Position numbers and translations under genes: made by a program
From: Chitinophagaceae bacterium
GTDB lineage: Bacteria > Bacteroidota > Bacteroidia > Chitinophagales > Chitinophagaceae
DNA length: 64,000 nt
Direction: 5' to 3'
NCBI GenBank assembly: GCA_039811325.1
Contig: JBDHYH010000004.1
Location: 2,636-66,635, forward strand
In this document: piece after piece, positions 29,601-39,883 of the stretch
Position numbering within the stretch: position 1 is the first letter of the stretch
Layout of the letters: every line of letters begins with the position of its first letter
Notes under the pieces: generated by a model
What the model saw: the letters and a program-made list of their open reading frames with translations, nothing else
Databases searched by the model: none
Told to the model about the DNA's origin: nothing

Positions 29601-29807
29601 TCATTTAGGAAGGGGGCCTTTGACTGTTGCAGTATCCATTGGCCCAGCAGCGTTTTGTAGAATAGTGTCCGGCGGAGTCTTTTGCCATTCCAGTGCATTT
29701 TCTTTCTTTTCCTGTTCCATGATTTTAGAATCTCCGGTAGCGCTGGGATTGGAATTGCATGATAAAAGGAATACAACAACCGCTCCGGCTAAAACAATCT
29801 TTTTCAT
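29601..29807 (-). CDS. Small putative lipoprotein (68 aa)
   Basis: MKKIVLAGAVVVFLLSC lipobox. Confidence 0.65.
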   Translation of the reverse strand: MKKIVLAGAVVVFLLSCNSNPSATGDSKIMEQEKKENALEWQKTPPDTILQNAAGPMDTATVKGPLPK

Positions 29808-29964
29808 ATCCTATGAATTTTTTTGTATCCAATCAAAAATCAAGCCTGAGTGCCTTGAGAAACAAACAACAACATTTGGTAGGTTTCTGAAATGAAGAAA
29901 TTATTCCGTATTTCAGGCTTCTTTTAGATTATTCAGATTATTCACATTACCGGGTTCGAATAAA

Positions 29965-29993
29965 AAAACCTTCAGGGGTTAATTGAAGGTTTT
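29965..29993 (-). terminator. Terminator-like hairpin
   Basis: AAAACCTTCA-loop-TGAAGGTTTT just downstream of the 30012..30212 ORF. Confidence 0.6.
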
Positions 29994-30011
29994 AATAGTA
30001 TTTAGATGAAA

Positions 30012-30212
30012 TTATCTATGATAAACTCTGGGGAGGGATTCTCTATAAGCTTCAAGTTCTTCGGCAGGCCATATATGATGTTTTTGAGCCGGAAGAACGG
30101 AATCTGCCTTCGTGGGAGTTCCTTTTTCAATATCATTAATGTCCATGTGGTTTTCACAGGATGCAAGAGCTGCAATAAGGAATAGGAAAAAAGAGAATTT
30201 TAGAATTTTCAT
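30012..30212 (-). CDS. Small putative lipoprotein (66 aa)
   Basis: MKILKFSFFLFLIAALASC lipobox. Confidence 0.65.
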   Translation of the reverse strand: MKILKFSFFLFLIAALASCENHMDINDIEKGTPTKADSVLPAQKHHIWPAEELEAYRESLPRVYHR

Positions 30213-30276
30213 TGTGTTAGTTGTTTACGGCTTTTTACAAAAGTAATTTTTTAATGGTATAATGATTCATTCCTTC

Positions 30277-30798
30277 TTAAAAAAATAAAGAAAGCCTGAA
30301 CAATAGTGCAGAAAATCCTCCATTGCCTGCGTATCCATCATAAGAGACAGTGAAGTCAAGTGGCAGGTCGTTGCGGCTAAAGTTATAACCGATTTGAGGG
30401 GAATATGCAAACGCAGTCTTACTTGATCCTGCAAAACTATTGAGACCAACTCCGATTTGTGCACCAAAATGTAAATTGCCGGTATAAGCGTTTGCGCCTG
30501 CCCGGATTGGGATCGTCGTATATCCTTTATTTTTTGAATCACTCCCGTTTGATCTTCCTGCAAATGCGATAATGCCCGCTTGTGCAATGCCGCTAATATT
30601 TTTTTTGAAAAAATGTTCCACAGTTGCCACACCTCCAGCTCCCAGGCCCCATCCTTTATTCCCTTCTAAATTGTGAAACGGATTGCTGGTGGCCCATCCA
30701 ATAGTTGGTCCAATACCTATCTTGGTTATCCCTTGCCGTTGTGCAAAGGCAGTCATAGAAAAAATCAATGATAATGCCAGTAAAAAATTATTTTTCAT
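30277..30798 (-). CDS. Small outer-membrane beta-barrel protein
   Basis: Signal peptide (MKNNF...AFA), alternating Gly/aromatic strands, C-terminal Phe. Confidence 0.75.
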   Translation of the reverse strand: MKNNFLLALSLIFSMTAFAQRQGITKIGIGPTIGWATSNPFHNLEGNKGWGLGAGGVATVEHFFKKNISGIAQAGIIAFAGRSNGSDSKNKGYTTIPIRAGANAYTGNLHFGAQIGVGLNSFAGSSKTAFAYSPQIGYNFSRNDLPLDFTVSYDGYAGNGGFSALLFRLSLFF

Positions 30799-30848
30799 AG
30801 TACTTTTTTGTAAAACTAACATAGTTTGATAGAATTATGATCCTGTTA

Positions 30849-31685
30849 TTATTTTAATTCATTTATCATCTGGTCGCTCATGATGATATAATTTTCGTTC
30901 CTAGCAGCCTTAGCCAATGTATTTGCCTGGCGGGCTGTTTCTAATGCACCTTTCTTATCCCCCATGTCTTTCTGAATCCTTGCTTTGTAAAAGACCATAT
31001 AATAAGGTGGCTCTTTCTGTTGTGCTATGGCAGCATTTGCCATCTCCAGTGCCTTTGGATAATTCTTGTCCCATTCATAGTAGAATGATGCCGCCTGCCA
31101 GTATGGTTTCTTATCACCTTTCAATGCATTTTCCAAAGCTGTTCTTATTCTGTCTTTTACATTTGTTTGGATTGGAACCTGAAGCGAGAAGTCTTCCCAT
31201 TTAATATTGAGAATACAACTCTCCGGTTTAATGTCAGAAAATTGCATAGTGAGTGTTTCCACTTTATGCATATTCTTTCCGGCTTTTATTTTTGTTCTTA
31301 CTACATCATCACTTTCTTTGTACCCATCAGCGCCCCAGTTATTTACGTCTTTATTGAGAATGAAAGTCCATTCACCATTTTTTTCAGGGATTGTATAAAG
31401 TGCATAAGATCCTGAATCGATTTTCTTTCCTCCTATTTCTACTTCATCGGAAAAGCGAATTTTCGTAGCTGCATTTGCACCTGTTCGCCATACACTTCCC
31501 CATGGTTCAATGTTGCCAATCATTTGGCGCCCCTTGACTCCCGGGCGAGAATAAGTCAACTCAATAGTACCAAGCCCAAAATCTTGCTTTATATATTGTG
31601 TTGGAGATGGTGCCGGCATCTTTACCTGTGCAGAAAGTGACAAGGCAACCAAGGATAATAATAATGTAAGATTGATTTTTTTCAT
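30849..31685 (-). CDS. DUF2911 domain protein with TPR-like C-terminus
   Basis: PAPSP, YSRPGVKGR, WRTGANAAT, GSYALYTIP, WGADGY. Confidence 0.9.
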   Translation of the reverse strand: MKKINLTLLLSLVALSLSAQVKMPAPSPTQYIKQDFGLGTIELTYSRPGVKGRQMIGNIEPWGSVWRTGANAATKIRFSDEVEIGGKKIDSGSYALYTIPEKNGEWTFILNKDVNNWGADGYKESDDVVRTKIKAGKNMHKVETLTMQFSDIKPESCILNIKWEDFSLQVPIQTNVKDRIRTALENALKGDKKPYWQAASFYYEWDKNYPKALEMANAAIAQQKEPPYYMVFYKARIQKDMGDKKGALETARQANTLAKAARNENYIIMSDQMINELK

Positions 31686-31723
31686 TTTTGAATGTTTGAA
31701 GTTTAAAAATAAGGAATAAACCT

Positions 31724-32542
31724 TTATTCGAAGATGATCTTCACAGTTTGGTACAGCAAACGATTTTGCAGGTATTGAGATTTGGGATCTACAAAACCTT
31801 CAAGTCCGAAAAGCCCTGCAGCATTCCCTTTGTTAATTGCGATTTCTAAATAACCTGAAGCGTTGAATAATGCTAATTTTTCACTCTCAGGTACATCGGC
31901 ATAAGTTTCACTGATCCTGTCTATGATCTCACCCCGGGTAAAATATATTTTAAAACTTCTGCCTTTCCGATGCTGCTCAAAGTCTTCACGGGTAATATTG
32001 ATGATGACATTTTCAAAATTATCGATGAAGATGATTTGCCCTTCAATGTATTGAGAAGAATGCATGGGGCGCAGAGGATTATTCTCTTCTATATTAATGT
32101 CAGGATTTCCAATTTCTGAAAGAGGTTTTCCATTGAGAATATCAAAATAGGCCGTCGCCCAAATCTTAGTAAATGTGAGAATGTTTTTAGAACCGGCACC
32201 TGCTAAATCCAAAGCTGTTTTTTCAAATGGGGTTTCCTGGAGTATCATCCTGATAAGGCCATTATCAGCTATACCAATATACTGACCATTATGCCGAACC
32301 AAAAGGATATGATTGATCTTCTTTGGAAATAGATTGATGTATATTAAATGTAATGTCCCTTCAGGGAAATTATTAATTGTGTTACTACACATATATGCTG
32401 CCTGTGGATAATTAAAGGGAGTGAGTTGATGGGTTATGTCAACAATCCTGCATCCCTGGTCTAGTTGCAGCAATTGACCTTTGATGGCCCCTGTAAGGAA
32501 GTCCTGGTTACCTATGTCAGAAGTGAGCGTTATGATGGCCAT
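31724..32542 (-). CDS. SAM hydrolase / SAM-dependent halogenase family (DUF62)
   Basis: IITLTSDIG, IVDITH, ADNG, IDNFENVIINI, NASGYLEIAIN. Confidence 0.88.
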   Translation of the reverse strand: MAIITLTSDIGNQDFLTGAIKGQLLQLDQGCRIVDITHQLTPFNYPQAAYMCSNTINNFPEGTLHLIYINLFPKKINHILLVRHNGQYIGIADNGLIRMILQETPFEKTALDLAGAGSKNILTFTKIWATAYFDILNGKPLSEIGNPDINIEENNPLRPMHSSQYIEGQIIFIDNFENVIINITREDFEQHRKGRSFKIYFTRGEIIDRISETYADVPESEKLALFNASGYLEIAINKGNAAGLFGLEGFVDPKSQYLQNRLLYQTVKIIFE

Positions 32543-32609
32543 TGAATCATTGGAAATTGAAATAAATAAGACGGATAGCTACAAATCTATGGTATTCGTA
32601 ACTACGAAA

Positions 32610-33410
32610 CTATTTTACAAGCGAGCCTTCCTTGAAAAAGAATTTTCGTGTAAGTTTATCAGTGAGGCCGGGAAAATATTTGTTCATAAAAACAGTTTGC
32701 TTTCCTTTGAAAGTAATTATTAAGTTTCTCTTTCTCGCGGCTATAGCCTTGATGATATGTGTTGCACATTCATCCGCAGTCATAAGTTTGCTTTCATTGA
32801 GAGGAGAATCTCCCTGTTCTTTTCCATCTTTTGTCAATGCAACCTTCCTGACATTGGATTGTGTAAAACCGGGAGCCACCCACATTACATGCACTCCGTC
32901 ATCAAGCAATTCTGTCCTTAATGCTTCTAGCCATCCGTTCAATGCAAACTTACTGGCGCTGTACCCGCCCCGTCCGGGAAGACCCCTGTATCCGGCAATG
33001 CTTGAAATACCAACAATAATTCCTTTTTGTCGTGTTATAGATTCAAGAGCATATTTGGTGCAATGTACCGATCCCCAAAAATTTACATCCATTACTTTTT
33101 TCATGGCTTCCAGAGATACATCTTTAAATAAGGAACGCATGGATATGCCGGCATTGTTGACAAGTACATCTATCTTTCCAAAACGATTGATAACTCCTTC
33201 GATGAAATTCTTTGCAGAGTCCTCATCGCTTACATCGCATTGCATTGTGAAAAGATTGGGGTGATTTATTTCGGTCTTCAATTGAATTAACTTTTCAATA
33301 TTTCTGCCACAGGTAGCCACTAAAGCCTGATTCCGGAGAAACTGTTCTACCATTGCCTTTCCGATTCCATCAGTACCACCCGTAATTGCCACTATTTTAT
33401 CCTGGAACAT
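32610..33410 (-). CDS. Short-chain dehydrogenase/reductase
   Basis: TGGTDGIG, NNAG, SSIAG, YSASK; start MFQDK at 33410. Confidence 0.95.
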   Translation of the reverse strand: MFQDKIVAITGGTDGIGKAMVEQFLRNQALVATCGRNIEKLIQLKTEINHPNLFTMQCDVSDEDSAKNFIEGVINRFGKIDVLVNNAGISMRSLFKDVSLEAMKKVMDVNFWGSVHCTKYALESITRQKGIIVGISSIAGYRGLPGRGGYSASKFALNGWLEALRTELLDDGVHVMWVAPGFTQSNVRKVALTKDGKEQGDSPLNESKLMTADECATHIIKAIAARKRNLIITFKGKQTVFMNKYFPGLTDKLTRKFFFKEGSLVK

Positions 33411-33616
33411 GAATTTTTTTTTGCAAAAGTAGTTTAGAGATATTAAAAAACTTTGAGCTAAAAACATGGTGTGGAAATAATGATTTCTTAATAAAAACCC
33501 GGGCTTGGATATTATGAATAATAGGTGTCAAAAAAAAATATTTAATAGTTTGGAGCAAAGCCTTTTTGCCTTATTTTTGCACTCCTTTGAAAAAAGGTGG
33601 CAGTGTTATATTGATT

Positions 33617-33689
33617 GATTCGGTAGCTCAGTTGGTAGAGCAATACACTTTTAATGTATGGGTCCTGGGTTCGAGTCCCAGCCGGATCA
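33617..33689 (+). tRNA. tRNA-Lys (TTT)
   Basis: Acceptor GATTCGG/CCGGATC, D-arm TAGCTCAGTTGGTAGAGC, anticodon arm ATACA-CTTTTAA-TGTAT, T-arm GGTTCGAGTCC; CCA not encoded; TATTTTTG promoter upstream. Confidence 0.97.
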
Positions 33690-33690
33690 C

Positions 33691-33722
33691 AAGGCTTCAG
33701 CGGAAATGCTGAAGCTTTTTTT
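33691..33722 (+). terminator. Intrinsic terminator after tRNA-Lys
   Basis: AAGGCTTCAGC-GGAAAT-GCTGAAGCTTTTTTT. Confidence 0.85.
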
Positions 33723-34020
33723 ATTGCATAAAATATCTGGAGCAGATTATCTCCACGAGGCATGAGTTCATATTAAATCAGGAATATTTCTGTGAGTCGA
33801 AGGTTTTTCAACGCGGAAAGTATTATCGCAGGTTGCGATCGGATGTATTGATGATAAATAGAAAAGCTGGATATAATCAGAAGGAACAGCCTAAACTTTG
33901 CAAATTTTATTTATCACGTAGAAAATAATTTATCTACAACTTGCAGCAGCACGTTCGTCATTGTCTGTCTTTATTAAAAATAACTATTTTTAGAACTGTT
34001 GATATAAAAGCAATACTACT

Positions 34021-34893
34021 ATGAATGTGCAAGAAGTATATAAAGAACAAACACCACTCTCAGAGAAAGATTGTTTTGTTGTATTTGAAAGGAGGAAGAC
34101 AAGCTTTTCATTTCCCGTTCACATTCATCCGGAATATGAAATCAACTTTGTGTCGGGAGCATCCGGGGCACTTCGTATTATTGGCGATTCGCAGGAAAAT
34201 ATTGAAGAAAGGGACCTGGTATTCATAGCCAACCCTAATCTGCGTCATGCCTGGATGGATGGCAAATGCAGATCGAATAATATTCATGAGATTACGATTC
34301 AGTTCCTTCCGCAATTAGTAGAGCAGTATCTTAATAAGAATCAATTTCAGTCTATCAAAAAGATGTTTACCAATGCGTCAAGAGGTGTATGCTTTGGTAC
34401 TGCTGCTATCGAAAAAGTTGAGCCAATTCTTCAACTGATACCAATGGAGAAGGATGGATTTTATGCAGTGATGCGCTTGTTGTCGTTGCTCTATGAATTG
34501 TCAAAATGCAATGATTACAGATTGTTGTCTAATGAAGAAATCCAGGCAGGAAGCCGGAATGGTGAAATGCTGAGCCGCCTGCATGAGTACACTACAAACC
34601 ATATCAGCAAACAGATTCGCATTTCTGATGTTGCCGCCGAATTGAATATGAGCCGGAGCACATTTGCCCGCTTTTTGGAAACACAATTGCAGATGAATTT
34701 TACAGATTATTTGCTCGATCGCAGAATCACAATGGCCGTTATTAAGTTGAAAGCGGGCATGTCGAATATAGATGTAGCAGAAGAGTGTGGATTCAACAGC
34801 ATCTCCTACTTTTACCGCATTTTTAAGAAAGCAAAAGGAATCAATCCTACAGAGTTCCGAAACAATTGCAAGAAGCAACAACTTATCATTTAG
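34021..34893 (+). CDS. AraC family transcriptional regulator (PUL 1)
   Basis: Cupin FPVHIHPEYE; HTH VAAELNMSRSTFAR...VAEECGFNSISYFYRIFKK..G.NPTEFR. Confidence 0.95.
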   Translation: MNVQEVYKEQTPLSEKDCFVVFERRKTSFSFPVHIHPEYEINFVSGASGALRIIGDSQENIEERDLVFIANPNLRHAWMDGKCRSNNIHEITIQFLPQLVEQYLNKNQFQSIKKMFTNASRGVCFGTAAIEKVEPILQLIPMEKDGFYAVMRLLSLLYELSKCNDYRLLSNEEIQAGSRNGEMLSRLHEYTTNHISKQIRISDVAAELNMSRSTFARFLETQLQMNFTDYLLDRRITMAVIKLKAGMSNIDVAEECGFNSISYFYRIFKKAKGINPTEFRNNCKKQQLII

Positions 34894-34913
34894 CTAAAAA
34901 AATATTAATTTTT

Positions 34914-35145
34914 GTGAGCTAATAGTGCAGCAATAGTGAGCTAATAATTCAATTTTGGTAAAAATTCCATACTCTGATTTATTAATTTGTTAAAGTCAAT
35001 GACGATTAAAAAGGCTTAAAACATTGATAATAAGGTGCGTTTAAGTTAACTTTTATTCCATCCGTCCTTGAATAAATTTGAGCTATAATTTCAAAATAAT
35101 TGAACCCAAAGTAGAAAAAATTGAAAAAAGGTAGGTTTAGGTTTG
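34914..35145 (+). promoter_or_regulatory. Putative AraC operator pairs and -7 promoter of PUL 1
   Basis: GTGAGCTAATA at 34914 and 34936; TTGAGCTATAA at 35078 and TTGAACCCAAA at 35100 (both pairs 22 bp apart); TAGGTTTG at 35138. Confidence 0.6.
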
Positions 35146-35178
35146 TTCTAAATTTTATTAACAAACCAGACAAAACGT

Positions 35179-38100
35179 ATGAAGAAACTAATACTCATCA
35201 TGCTGCTTGGATCATTTTTCCAACTTGCATGGGCACAGCAAGTATTACAAATTAAGGGTACTGTGAGGGATGCCAACAGCAACCCTTTAGCAGGTGCGAA
35301 TGTGGCTATTAAGGGCACCAATTCGGCGACAGTTACGAACCAGGGCGGCCAATTTGAGATTCAGGCAGCTAAGGGTCAAACGCTCGTGATCTCCTTTGTA
35401 GGAATGCAAACTCAGGAAGTCCTTGTCAGAGGAAATGAAGAACTGAACATTGCATTGCAGACTACCACCTCCAAATTGGATGAAGTGGTGATAATCGGTT
35501 ATGGTACTGTAAAAGAGAAAGACCTTACAGGAGCTGTAGCTTCAGTAAGTGGTGCTGATATCCAGGCCAACCTGGCGCGCAGTACTGCAGGAGCTCTTCA
35601 GGGGCGCATAGCGGGTGTTACTGTTAGTAATGCGGGCGGACAGCCCGGGGCAGGAATGAGTATTAATATACGTGGGTTGAGTTCATTGGGGTCAAATTCT
35701 CCATTGTACGTGATAGACGGAGTGTATGGCGATATCAACCTGGTAGATCCTTCCGACATTGCTTCAATCCAGGTTTTAAAAGACGCTTCTGCTGCTGCTA
35801 TCTATGGTTCACGTGCAGCCAATGGTGTGGTGCTTGTAACTACAAAGGGCGGCCACCGGAATACATCTGCAACCGTTACAGTGAATGCATATACCGGCTG
35901 GCAAAAGATCACCAGGAAATTGGATGTGATGAATGCACAGCAATGGAAACAAACCATGCAATCAACCGGATACTTGCCACCAGCGGCACTTAACTTCCAG
36001 GGGCCTGGTACTAATTGGCAGGATGAAATCTACCAGACTGCACCTTTGAGCAAAATCAATGTAAATATTTCGGGAGGTGGAAAGGCTTCTACCTATGATC
36101 TCTCCGCAGGATATATCGATCAGGCCGGAATACTGATGACTACAGGTTATAAGGCATTCAATATTAGAGCAAAAAATACTTTTGGATTTATCAATAATCA
36201 TGTAAGGATTGGCAATACATTACTGATACAATCAGGCGATCAAAGGACTTCAGATTTTACGATCACTGATGCCTTGCGGCAAAATCCGATGGTAGCAATT
36301 TATGATACGAACCAATTGGGTGGGTACGCACCTTTTGCACCCTGGATGAAAAATATCGACAACCCTGTAGGTTATCTCAAGTTGCACAATTGGCATACCT
36401 ACCAGACTAACATCCTTCTGAATGCATTTGCGGAAGTGGATCTTGGTATCAAAGGATTGAAATACAAATTCAACCTTGGAATCAACCGTAATAACGGACG
36501 CAATTACGCATATAATAGTGCTTATAATTTTGGTTCAGGATTGGTGAAGTCTTACATCGGAGAAAATGCATTCTTCAACAATCAATGGCTGGTGGAGAAT
36601 ACCATTCATTACGACAATACTTTTGATAAGCACACCATTTCATTATTGGCCGGATATTCCGCACAGGAAAATTCCAATCGTGGATTTGGAGCAAACAGAA
36701 AGAACATTCCATTAGGAACTGATGCGATAGGTGCTGCGTCTCCAACCGAGCAAAACACTTCCGGAAGCTTGCAGGAAAACTCCCTGGTTTCACAATTTGG
36801 CAGGATCATGTATAGTTATGATTCCAGGTATTTGTTTACAGCCTCTGTTCGTCGTGATGGTTCATCACGCTTCGCAGAAGGGCATCGTTACGGAATATTT
36901 CCATCGGTAGCTGTGGGTTGGAATATAGCCAATGAAAAATTCTTTGAACCGATGACAGATAAAATCAATGAATTAAAACTTAGACTGAGCTATGGTAAAT
37001 TAGGTAACCAGGAAATTGGAAATTATCCAACGCAAAGCACTGTTACAACCGGTATCAATTACCTGGAAGGAAGTGGCAGCAACATAAGCTGGTGGCAGGG
37101 TGCAAGCACAGGCATTAATTGGGTATCTCCAAAAGACCTGACCTGGGAAGAAACGAGTACCAGCAATATCGGTTTGGACGCTTCATTCCTGAATAGCAAA
37201 CTTACTTTCAGCGCTGACTATTATCAGCGTGAAACAAAGAATATCCTTTTAAGTATCAACATGCCTTCCTCAGCAGGTCTTGGTGGTTCACCCACAATGA
37301 ATGCAGGCACAATTGAAAATAAGGGCTTTGAGTTCATGGTAAATTATAAAGATGTTGCAGGCAAAGTTCATTACTCTGTTGGATTCAATGCTTCTACTGT
37401 AACGAATAAAGTGAAAGCTGTTACTGTAGGTAACAAACAGGAATTCCCAGGGTACAATCCACAGAATGAAGGTACCGTTACTTGGGCCAAGGTAGGGTAT
37501 CCTATCGGAGGTTTTTGGGTAATCAAAACCGATGGTATTTTCCAAAGTGATGCAGAAGTACAGGCTCATACAAATTCTCACGGTGTAGTAATTCAACCAA
37601 ACGCAAAAGCCGGTGATGTCATATTTGAAGATGCGAATGATGATGGTGCAATATCAAGTGATGATAAGCAATATGTAGGAAGCCCATTCCCTAAGCTGGC
37701 TTATGGTATCAACGGAAGTCTTTCTTACCAATCATTTGACTTCTCTTTCTTCTTTGATGGAATGTATGGTAACAAGATTTACAACTATACCAGGGCAAGA
37801 ATGGAATCAACCAATGAGATCATTAACTTCTCTACAACGCTGTTAGACGCATGGACTCCTACAAATACAAAAACAAGTATTCCCCGCTTTACGCAACAGG
37901 ATCCAAATAAAAACTGGCGTCGCGATACTGACCGATGGATTGAAAGCGGTTCATTCCTGAGGCTGAGAACAATAGAACTTGGGTATGCACTTCCTGGAAA
38001 TATCCTGGGAAAAGCTGGTATCAATTCAGGAAGAGTATTTGTATCCGGGCAAAACCTGTTCACAATTACAAAATACAAAGGTTATACTCCTGACCTGGGT

Positions 38101-38211
38101 GCAAACAATGGACAAAACGGAGGCGGCTCCGGTACCATGACTGCAGGCACAGATCACGGACGTTTCCCGCTTGCTAAAACAATCACCGTTGGTTTGCAGG
38201 TAAGATTATAA
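35179..38211 (+). CDS. SusC/RagA family TonB-dependent transporter
   Basis: LDEVVIIGYGT, PLYVIDG, VLKDASAAAIYGSRAANGVVLVTTK, RRDGSSRF, LTWEET. Confidence 0.97.
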   Translation: MKKLILIMLLGSFFQLAWAQQVLQIKGTVRDANSNPLAGANVAIKGTNSATVTNQGGQFEIQAAKGQTLVISFVGMQTQEVLVRGNEELNIALQTTTSKLDEVVIIGYGTVKEKDLTGAVASVSGADIQANLARSTAGALQGRIAGVTVSNAGGQPGAGMSINIRGLSSLGSNSPLYVIDGVYGDINLVDPSDIASIQVLKDASAAAIYGSRAANGVVLVTTKGGHRNTSATVTVNAYTGWQKITRKLDVMNAQQWKQTMQSTGYLPPAALNFQGPGTNWQDEIYQTAPLSKINVNISGGGKASTYDLSAGYIDQAGILMTTGYKAFNIRAKNTFGFINNHVRIGNTLLIQSGDQRTSDFTITDALRQNPMVAIYDTNQLGGYAPFAPWMKNIDNPVGYLKLHNWHTYQTNILLNAFAEVDLGIKGLKYKFNLGINRNNGRNYAYNSAYNFGSGLVKSYIGENAFFNNQWLVENTIHYDNTFDKHTISLLAGYSAQENSNRGFGANRKNIPLGTDAIGAASPTEQNTSGSLQENSLVSQFGRIMYSYDSRYLFTASVRRDGSSRFAEGHRYGIFPSVAVGWNIANEKFFEPMTDKINELKLRLSYGKLGNQEIGNYPTQSTVTTGINYLEGSGSNISWWQGASTGINWVSPKDLTWEETSTSNIGLDASFLNSKLTFSADYYQRETKNILLSINMPSSAGLGGSPTMNAGTIENKGFEFMVNYKDVAGKVHYSVGFNASTVTNKVKAVTVGNKQEFPGYNPQNEGTVTWAKVGYPIGGFWVIKTDGIFQSDAEVQAHTNSHGVVIQPNAKAGDVIFEDANDDGAISSDDKQYVGSPFPKLAYGINGSLSYQSFDFSFFFDGMYGNKIYNYTRARMESTNEIINFSTTLLDAWTPTNTKTSIPRFTQQDPNKNWRRDTDRWIESGSFLRLRTIELGYALPGNILGKAGINSGRVFVSGQNLFTITKYKGYTPDLGANNGQNGGGSGTMTAGTDHGRFPLAKTITVGLQVRL

Positions 38212-38251
38212 AACAGGCAACCCCGCATAAAAATTTCTTCCATTTAAAAAA

Positions 38252-39883
38252 ATGATGAAAATGAAAACTTTGATAAAAACAATATTTACTCTTGCTATTG
38301 CAGCCATATTATTTACAGGCTGCCGCAAGGATTTCCTGGACAAGATCAACCGGAACCAGCCGGTAGAACAAACATTCTGGACTTCTGCTGCAAATGCAGA
38401 ATCGGCAATTCCAACTATTTATTCACCACTGCGTGGACAGATGTATGGCTATTATGGCGCGTACACCGGATTCCAAACCATGAATCGTGCCGACGATATT
38501 TGGTTTATTCTTGGTGAAGAAGTATTCAACTGGCAATATGGTACTTATAGTAACACGCCTAATACCAGCAGCAGTGATTTTGGAAGTTTGTATACCGGAA
38601 TCAACCGTGCCAATGTATTTCTAAAAAACATTCCGAATGTGAAAATGGATGCTAATAAAAAGAATGAATGGATCGGTGAAGTTACATTTCTCCGTGGCCT
38701 CTATTATTTCCTCCTGGTCACCAATTATGGAGATGTTCCAATCAGGCTGGTACCTGCAGGTGACGATCCGGGTGGTGTCATGAAAGCATCTTCTCCTGCG
38801 GCTGATGTGTGGAAGCAGGTGATCGCAGACTTCAAGGTTGGAGAGCAAAACCTTCCTGTAACAAGGCCTGCTACTGAAACCGGAAGAGCTACAAAAGGTG
38901 CTGCTATTGCTTACCTTGGAAAATCACTCGTATATACACAACAATATGCAGAGGCTCAGCAGGAATTAGGGCAACTGCTTACCGCCCCTTATACTTATGA
39001 CCTGGTAACAAATCCTGATGATAACTTGAATGAGAATACAGAATTCAACAAGGAATCCATATTTGAAATCAACTATAATGGTAACTATGGATCAGGTTCA
39101 TGGGGGTCTGAGGGTTCTACAAGTACTCAAGGATTTGTTATTCCAAACTTTGTTGGATCAGCAGGTACTGGTGGTTGGTTTAAATTTATGCCAAGTGCCT
39201 CTATTATCAGGGACTTCATTGCAGAAGAGCGCCCATTGGGATCCAGCACTCGCTTCGATAAGAGAATGTACACCAATTTCTACTGGAAATATTCTGATTA
39301 TGAAAGTGGTGTTCCCGATGGTAGCTGGTTTGGTAATCAAAGTTTCGATGTGATGTGGACGAATGCTTCTGGTAAACGTCAGCGCGGCGAACCTGTTTAC
39401 CCTGTTATTAATGGAAATACCGGCCGTTTTCTAGTCAAGAAATTCACCAACTTCTACAAGAATGTACCGGATGCAAACAGTATGTATGATCAATCCAACC
39501 AAAGCCAGAATCTACGCCTGATGCGTTTTGCAGAAGTATTGCTGCTTCATGCAGAGGCATGCATTAAAAATGGTCAGTTGACCCCTGCAGCACAGGACTT
39601 GAAGAGGATCAGGGACCGCGCCGGCCTTGCTAATAAGACATGGAACACCGCAGATGACATGATAAAGGAAGTAGTTCATCAAAATGAATTGGAATTCTTC
39701 TTTGAAGGCCACCGATTTTTTGACCTGGCACGTTGGTATCCTTATGCTCAGATGAAACAAATTCTTGTGGATAACGGGAAGCAGGGGGCAGATGGTTTCC
39801 AACCAAGAAATTATGTTCTTCCGATTCCACAGTCAGAAATAGACGCGAATACCGCTTTGAAACAAAACCCGCTTTGGCAATGA
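38252..39883 (+). CDS. SusD/RagB family lipoprotein
   Basis: Lipobox FTGC, YTGINRAN, GRATKGAA, MRFAEVLLLHAEA, EFFFEGHRFFDLARW, PIPQSEI, QNP. Confidence 0.97.
   Translation: MMKMKTLIKTIFTLAIAAILFTGCRKDFLDKINRNQPVEQTFWTSAANAESAIPTIYSPLRGQMYGYYGAYTGFQTMNRADDIWFILGEEVFNWQYGTYSNTPNTSSSDFGSLYTGINRANVFLKNIPNVKMDANKKNEWIGEVTFLRGLYYFLLVTNYGDVPIRLVPAGDDPGGVMKASSPAADVWKQVIADFKVGEQNLPVTRPATETGRATKGAAIAYLGKSLVYTQQYAEAQQELGQLLTAPYTYDLVTNPDDNLNENTEFNKESIFEINYNGNYGSGSWGSEGSTSTQGFVIPNFVGSAGTGGWFKFMPSASIIRDFIAEERPLGSSTRFDKRMYTNFYWKYSDYESGVPDGSWFGNQSFDVMWTNASGKRQRGEPVYPVINGNTGRFLVKKFTNFYKNVPDANSMYDQSNQSQNLRLMRFAEVLLLHAEACIKNGQLTPAAQDLKRIRDRAGLANKTWNTADDMIKEVVHQNELEFFFEGHRFFDLARWYPYAQMKQILVDNGKQGADGFQPRNYVLPIPQSEIDANTALKQNPLWQ

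Noticed and set aside
32632-33264. 210-aa ORF antisense to the SDR (and similar shadow ORFs, e.g. 5724..6269, 59682..60212)
   Set aside because: Lie opposite well-supported genes, with no motifs or start context.
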